Positions 57,865-64,000 of a stretch of DNA of 64,000 bases are shown here, piece by piece (the first letter of the stretch is position 1; each line of letters begins with the position of its first letter). Origin of the DNA: Setoptus koraiensis (lineage: Eukaryota > Animalia > Arthropoda); contig CM106585.1 of the NCBI GenBank assembly GCA_048013815.1, forward strand, positions 4,402,001-4,466,000, written 5' to 3'. The notes beneath the pieces are model-generated. The model searched no databases. It was not told the DNA's origin and was given only the letters and a program-made list of their open reading frames with translations. The position numbers were made by a program, and so were the translations under genes.

Positions 57865-59768
57865 CAAAGTCGCCCAACAAGGCAAACCGGCCCAAATGAA
57901 CCGGTCAAACACCGGCGGTTTGTCGTCCGCTAATGATGGCCCCACAGTAACAAGACAGCGCGCATTGTGGTCGTTAGTCGTTTGTCGCCCGTGTGCCGGT
58001 CAACAATGGACCCGGCACTCTGGTTCAGGGTTGCCCGTAGGTGTCCCGGCGCGACCGCCGCTGACACTAATGTAACTGACACGAACGGAATGTCACGTTT
58101 CCGAGCGGCCCGGTTGGGCCGGCGATCCGCTGCCCGAACGGTGGCCCGTTTGTCGCTGTTTGTTGCGATTTGTCGCTGCTTCGGCGACGTCGTTCCGAGT
58201 TTGCAGTTTCCAAGTTTCGACGGCAGTTTCGAGCGACGCGACCAATCAATAAATTCACGTTATCACCATATGTCGACACGCTGTCCGTTGGCCTGGACAC
58301 AAGGCACAAGGGCCTGTCCGGTTGGCCGAAATCCGGCCCGAAATTGGCCAGCCAGCCGCCGGGTCGCGATTGGCGGAGTTGTCAGCGAAACGCGGGAGCA
58401 AACGCGGCGACAATGCGCCAGCAATAATTACATGTACGCCAGTGTATATAACACACTTGAACGGATTGATGCAATGCGAGGGGACCCGGCGGACTTGCGC
58501 TCGATTGAGCCCAGTTATGCGTGCTCGGCCGCTAGCTGTCACCACTGGCCCCATGATGGCCGGCCAGTGGGCCATCGGGCCATCGGGCCGGTTGTCGTCA
58601 CTTGGCTCTCTGTTGACTCTTTTGTCGCCCTCTCTCGGGCCGCTTTCGCGCTCCCGATTACATGCGCCCAGCTTCAGAATGAAACTGAATTCAGGCGAGC
58701 GCGCACCCGTGCCCAAGCCGCCCCCAGGTGAAGTGTCCCGTTGCATTGTGTGAGTGTCGGTGTCGTCGTCGGCGCTGTTGGCGGTGTCGGTGTCGGTGTG
58801 AGTGTCATTGTTGGTCGGCGAAAGGCCAAATCGGCTCTTGGAAACGAGTCTCGGCTTTGTTTGCCTTGATGTCGGCACACATCCGAGCAGCGCGAGTTTG
58901 TTGTCGCTGTCGTTGTTTGCCGACGCTTTCTCTTTTCTCGAAACAACAGCGACGACAACAACGACATCAACAGCAACAGCAACAGCAACACCGACACCGA
59001 CAACAGCACCGACAACAACAATAACTGCGCCACGAATATGGAATAGTTTGCACTCGTGGCCGTCACTTGGCTTGTTTGCTTGTTGGCCGCGATTTGCCAT
59101 TTACTCGGGGGCAGCCAGCGATAATGATAGCGCCAGATATTCAAATGATTCTCTGGCGCTCTCTTGTGATAAACCGACGACACAAAGCGCATGAGCGAGA
59201 GTGGCATTTATCTGAGCTGATGTGATTTATCTGAGCGAGTCGCATCATGTCGACAAGCGCACGACATGATGATAGACCACAAATTGATGACGATATCAAT
59301 ATATCATCTCTCGCGACAGTCGGCCCACATCATTGATCGGCCGCTATCGTGGCCGCGAATGGCCAAAGAAATGAAAATGAACGGACAGGATAAAAAATGA
59401 ATGGATGGTTTGTTCGCGACCAACGACGCGTAAGAACTTGCATTTGTGTGTGTTGCCGCGACTTGTCTCATTGTGTTCGAGCCAGCGCCACCGAAATATC
59501 CCTGAAATAGCATAAACCTATGAATATGACACATCTCTTGTTTGTCTGCCTGTCGCGCCACCTATAATAAACAACCTATCATTCCGTATAACAAGTATAC
59601 AATCGACCCCATTTTTATATCAGCATACATTTGATAGTGAGCCGGCGCTGATTGTGGCGGCCACTCTCGCATTTATTATTATTTGCTGCAACTGGCCAAA
59701 GTGCACCACTCAATTAGGATAATCACTAGTGACCGCTAGTGAAATGCTAAACTAGTGGCCGAAATGCC

Positions 59769-59821
59769 AACTTGGCCCACTAACTTGGCCCACTAACTTG
59801 GCCCACTATTTTGGGACCACT
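59769..59821. repeat. 13-bp tandem repeat AACTTGGCCCACT x3 plus one degenerate copy
   Basis: Direct reading. Confidence 0.85.
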
Positions 59822-62404
59822 AACAGTTGCAGATTAATTGCCGGCTCGGCCGACACGCGGCGGCTACCTGTTGAATAACGGATCAATTCCGAAATCGGTT
59901 TACAGCGTTTCGAGCGGCCACTTTCATGCGCGACCATAAAAATATTTGCACACTCATTTGGAGTATATTTAATTCAAATGATTTCTTATTTTTATGCCCA
60001 TTGGAACATTGGCGCTGCAACTGTCTATTATTTCGCCTTGATTGTTGTGGGCCGCTTGTGCCACTTGTTGCTTGTTTGCGAGCTGCCCCGAGTCGCCACA
60101 ACCACAAAAACCGAACCGACTCACACTGATGCACTTAAGCTCTCTCACGTATAATATTGGCACAATCACGACGCTTCGCTGGACCTCACCTCGGCGTTCT
60201 TTTTCACCTGACCTAACGTAACTGTGCCCTGTTCTTCTGTTCCTCCGTTCCTCTGTTCCTCTGTTGCTCGCCCGTCGGAGCTGCCGCGATGGCTTCTCGG
60301 CCGCTTCTCTGGCGGCTTCTTGGCAGCCTCGTTGGCACGAGAGCCGCGCCGAGAGGCTCCATGATATCATATCATGATAATTGTCTCTAGCGGCGTTGCG
60401 GCTTTTTATCGGTGGCGCTTCTTCGCTCACAAAGTGAACAAAATATTCTCTTTATTATTGTTTATCAATGTTTATAGGGCAATAATACAGTTGCTGTTGT
60501 CTCTCATTACTGGCTCAATTGGCGTGCTGGTGCCGATTGAGCCGGCCAACAAAAGCCGACATTAAATAAACAATCGTTAAAAGCACTCCCCGATACCCCG
60601 TGCCCTGCGTGCCCCGGTGCCCTGTACAGAGTGCATGTGATTATCGTGTCCGTGCGACCGGACAACTGAACTGTATCATACACGACACTTCGCTTGACCA
60701 GTGGCAACTGTTTGAATTGCCCGTGCCACAGTCCGCAGACAGTCTATGCACGGGCAAACGCGGCCACGGCGACACGAGGGCGACGATAAAACACTTTACG
60801 ATGGGCACGCTCATTTGTTTGCGCCAATAATACACCTTGCCGATGATTGATTCGGCGGCGCTCGGGTCGGCGCGGCGCGGCCACCGCTGCCGGACGGCGA
60901 CCATTTTCAATTACTTGCGCCACCGCTGCTAATTGTAACACTGCCATTGTGACGCTACTATTGATGCGCTCTGCTTACATCGGTCCGCTTGCGGGCCGAC
61001 CGGGCGACGGGCACCACAATAAATTTTTTCCTCTCTCGCCCATTCGGCTGTCATTGTCGAGGCTGCGGCCAGTGCGGCCACTCTGTTTAGTGCGGCCGAA
61101 ATCGGGGCAAAAATAACATGGGAGTGCAATGGGCAAACACACGAAATGCAATGCAAAATGAGTTGATCGCGGCCGTCATTAGGCGAGGTCAACAACTGCG
61201 GCCAATTCAATTAATTGGCGCTGCTGGTGCCCATTTTTGCATATTGGCAGCGGGCTATATATTATATTATTGCCGCCGCCACCGCCAGCGCCACCGCCAG
61301 CGCCACTTAAGCCTCTTAAACGGCTCTTAAGCTCGAGGAGTGCACCGGCGAAGGTCGTTATCGGGCGCTCGTTAGTGACCAGTAGTCCGCACTGGATAGC
61401 GCCACCGCCGATAATATTATTAGCCCAATATTAATATTATAGCCCCAGAGACAGAGAGAGAGATTAAAATAATCGCTGGCTAATAGACTGTTGTGACATT
61501 AACCTGAATCTCGGTTGCTGGCGTCGTCGCTTATTAAACTTGTCGCCGTCAGTCTGTCGGTTGTCACCACTCAACTACCTGACCATTGGTGGTCACATTT
61601 GAATATTTTGCATTTGCATACTGTGCGTTATTCGCCCCTACGCATACCTGGTCCCGTGCATGCGTACCCGGTCTCGTGTACAAGCGAATATTGCACCGGC
61701 AGTGGCCAGGTGAGTCGGCTGGCCAGGTGAGTCGGCTGGCCAACTCGAGCGAGCCCGAAGCGGAGTAAATAAAACTGTCAATGGATTAGTGTGAACAGAT
61801 TTGTGGCGCAGATAAACGCTTAGACCAATTGCGAGCGTTCGGCGAGCACCGATTCGGCACCAACTCGATTGAACGCACGCCAAAACAATGCCGGCGACCG
61901 TAGAAGACAGGGAATTCTTTGCGCATTCCTTCCATACCTGGTCTGCGTCGCTATTCGGTTGCTATTCGGTGCACGCTGACCGGATAAATCACCGGCCAGC
62001 ATGCACCAGCGGTCGGCCTGCACCAGCGGCCAGCCGAACAACCGTCGGATTGGCTGGCGTGCGTTTGTCAGCGACCGGCCGGCGCAACGGCCGGTAACGA
62101 GCATCATCATGAGCCACCAGCACTGGTGCTGACGCTGGTGCCGAGGCTGGTGCCGAGGCTGGTTTAGACGCCGGTATCGACACTGGTGGCGCTGCCCATC
62201 CGCAGGGGCGTCAGGTGGGCGTTTTGCACGAGTTTCAATCGGCGTCGTGATTGCAATTTAATATTTATTGTGTTTTATCATCATGTTATGCGTGCGCCAT
62301 GATGAAGCGATCATCGATTGTTATGGTCGCGGCGGCCGCTGGCCGAAAAGTGGCGCTTCTCGCGTTTGTTATTGTTTTTGTGGGCTTGCTCCATCGCGCC
62401 GTAC

Positions 62405-62460
62405 CTGGCCACTGCACCACAGACTCTGCACCACAGACTCTGCACCACAGACTCTGCACT
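62405..62460. repeat. 14-bp tandem repeat (CTGCACCACAGACT), 3-4 units
   Basis: Direct reading. Confidence 0.8.
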
Positions 62461-63591
62461 GCACACTCTGTAGACCGGCATGGGCCGACACGGACCGCTG
62501 CGGGCCGGCCTCTCGCAAACCAGAGTGGACCCGACCAGAATAAACCGGCGTGCACCGGTACGGGCGGGCCGGTATGGCATGCGAGCGCCATGAGCGAGCG
62601 AGCAGGCCGGCGAAACGGGCCGGCGCTATAAGCGAGCGAAATAGGCGAGCGAACAGGCGAGCGCAACAAGTGGAGACTTCGCGCCGAGAAGCGCCGGACG
62701 ATAATTATGATTACACGGCGCTGGGCGATATCAATGGCTTCGGCGGGCGCAACAAGTGCGCGAATTGGCGCAACCCGGTGTGTGGTCTATCAGAAGTGGC
62801 CCGTTGAATTGATGCGTAACTAATTGCATTTGCATCGCGGTGCAGCGCGCCTCCCTCGACTGCAACCTGTCGTCTCACTTTCACACAAGCGCCGGCGCGG
62901 TTGTTGCCGCCGTCGATGTTGCTGTTGCCGTTGTTGTCGGTGTTGTCGGTGTTGTCGGTGTTGTCGGTGTTGTCGGTGTTGTTGCTGTTGTTGCTGCTTT
63001 TGTAGTGCTGTTGCCGTTGTGCGGTGCGGCGCAAGCCGCAACAACGCGCCCAGCGAGCCGGCGACAACAACACAACGGCACCGCAACAGCAACAGCAGCA
63101 CAACAACACAACAACAACAGCAACAGCAGCAGCAGAAACAACAACACGCAAACAACAGGGCAACAGGTGCATGTTGTTGTTATGTTGTTATTTTGTGTTG
63201 CGTTGCGCGCCTAATTGAGACATCCAGTCGGTGCGCGATGGCCACCATCAATGATAATTACTTTCGCTCGCTTCTTTTCTCATGAGAACAACGGCGGCGC
63301 TTTTGCAAGCCGCTTCGCTGCGTTACAACTTCATTAGGCCTCTCGCTAAATCGCCATTCAATGGCTATTCGATGGCGATCCAATGGCAATCCAATGAGAG
63401 ATCCGATGAGAGATCCGACGAGCTCGCATGGCGGACGACGAGCACTATTGACGAGCGGCCGTTGCAGTTGATGGCCGATGGTGCTAATCAATTAGTTATA
63501 GGCGCCGCACAATCGAGCTTCATTATTCATTATGTTTGGCTCGATGAGCACAATGCGCCGGTCGCCGACGAGCGGCGATAAAACGTCGGAT

Positions 63592-63687
63592 ATGCTCATG
63601 TGTTTATATATTTATACGCTCATGTATTTATATACTTGTGTGCTCATGCATTTATCTGTTTATACGCTCATGCATTTATATGTTTGT
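63592..63687. repeat. 24-bp minisatellite x4 (RYGCTCATGYRTTTATMTRYTTRT)
   Basis: Four diverged copies with period 24. Confidence 0.85.
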
Positions 63688-64000
63688 TCGGGGCTTCGTG
63701 CCACTCCGAGCGGCCAGCCAATGGACACGTCCGACAGAATTGAGAGTGAGCGCCGACAGCGCCGAGCGGCTGCAAATGCGCAAATTTACGCAAGTGGAAT
63801 TGCGCCAATTCGGACGAGTCGAGACGCGAAATCAAACACGCCGGACACTGGATAGAGAGAGAGAGAGATACTGCGATTGCGATCGCAAGTGTTGGCATTG
63901 TTCGCGTTTGTTCGCGTTCGTTCGTGTTTGTTCGTGTTGCCTCGCCAAACATATGCCGCCGGGCCGGTCTCAAATGGCAAGCCACACTGCATGCCGCAAA

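Noticed and set aside
54751-59207. Several 250-350-aa ORFs on both strands
   Set aside because: GC-rich minisatellite sequence giving Arg/Ala/Pro-rich low-complexity translations in multiple overlapping frames.
59969-60430. GCGD...AHNNQG as a candidate upstream Wnt exon
   Set aside because: Spacing from GC to HNN is about 18 aa instead of about 35, and it lacks WxWGGCSD and LHNNxAGR.
63895-63940. TTTGTTCG words resembling the miR-375 seed
   Set aside because: Part of a pentamer microsatellite; no hairpin or full mature match.
1-64000. CRISPR arrays, rRNA, tRNA, prokaryotic operons
   Set aside because: Tandem repeats lack unique spacers, no structural RNA signatures were seen, and gene structure is spliceosomal.

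Overview
Eukaryotic (arthropod, most likely chelicerate/mite-like; inference from a tramtrack-type BTB, a SIFamide receptor and a Wnt16-type gene) genomic window, rich in microsatellites and CpG, with one 500-N assembly gap. Four protein-coding loci are supported. (1) An intronless BTB + 2x C2H2 zinc-finger gene on + (4536-5693). (2) A convergent intronless minus-strand ORF (5830-6939) that joins an ACAD9/VLCAD-like N-terminal fragment to a mitoribosomal mS38 (AURKAIP1/COX24) domain, with two mitochondrial-presequence-like segments. (3) A four-exon SIFamide receptor on - (7666-42007; introns 20,655, 6,298 and 3,135 bp; spliced ORF 1,417 aa with a ~255-aa N-terminus and ~860-aa low-complexity C-tail). 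(4) The terminal exon of a Wnt16-like gene on - (51152-52063) with a ~150-aa linker insertion; its upstream exons were not found and probably lie beyond the window. No tRNA, rRNA, CRISPR array or recognisable transposase was found. The best lead is the ACAD9-fragment/mS38 chimera, a candidate tandem mitochondrial polyprotein. Next are dense PAR-bZIP (Pdp1/vrille-type) site clusters and a locus-restricted GGGCCC motif across the SIFaR gene, several perfect 14-15-bp inverted repeats (two with identical 15/32/15 geometry), and the Wingless-like insertion in Wnt16. All counts were made by hand and may be incomplete.
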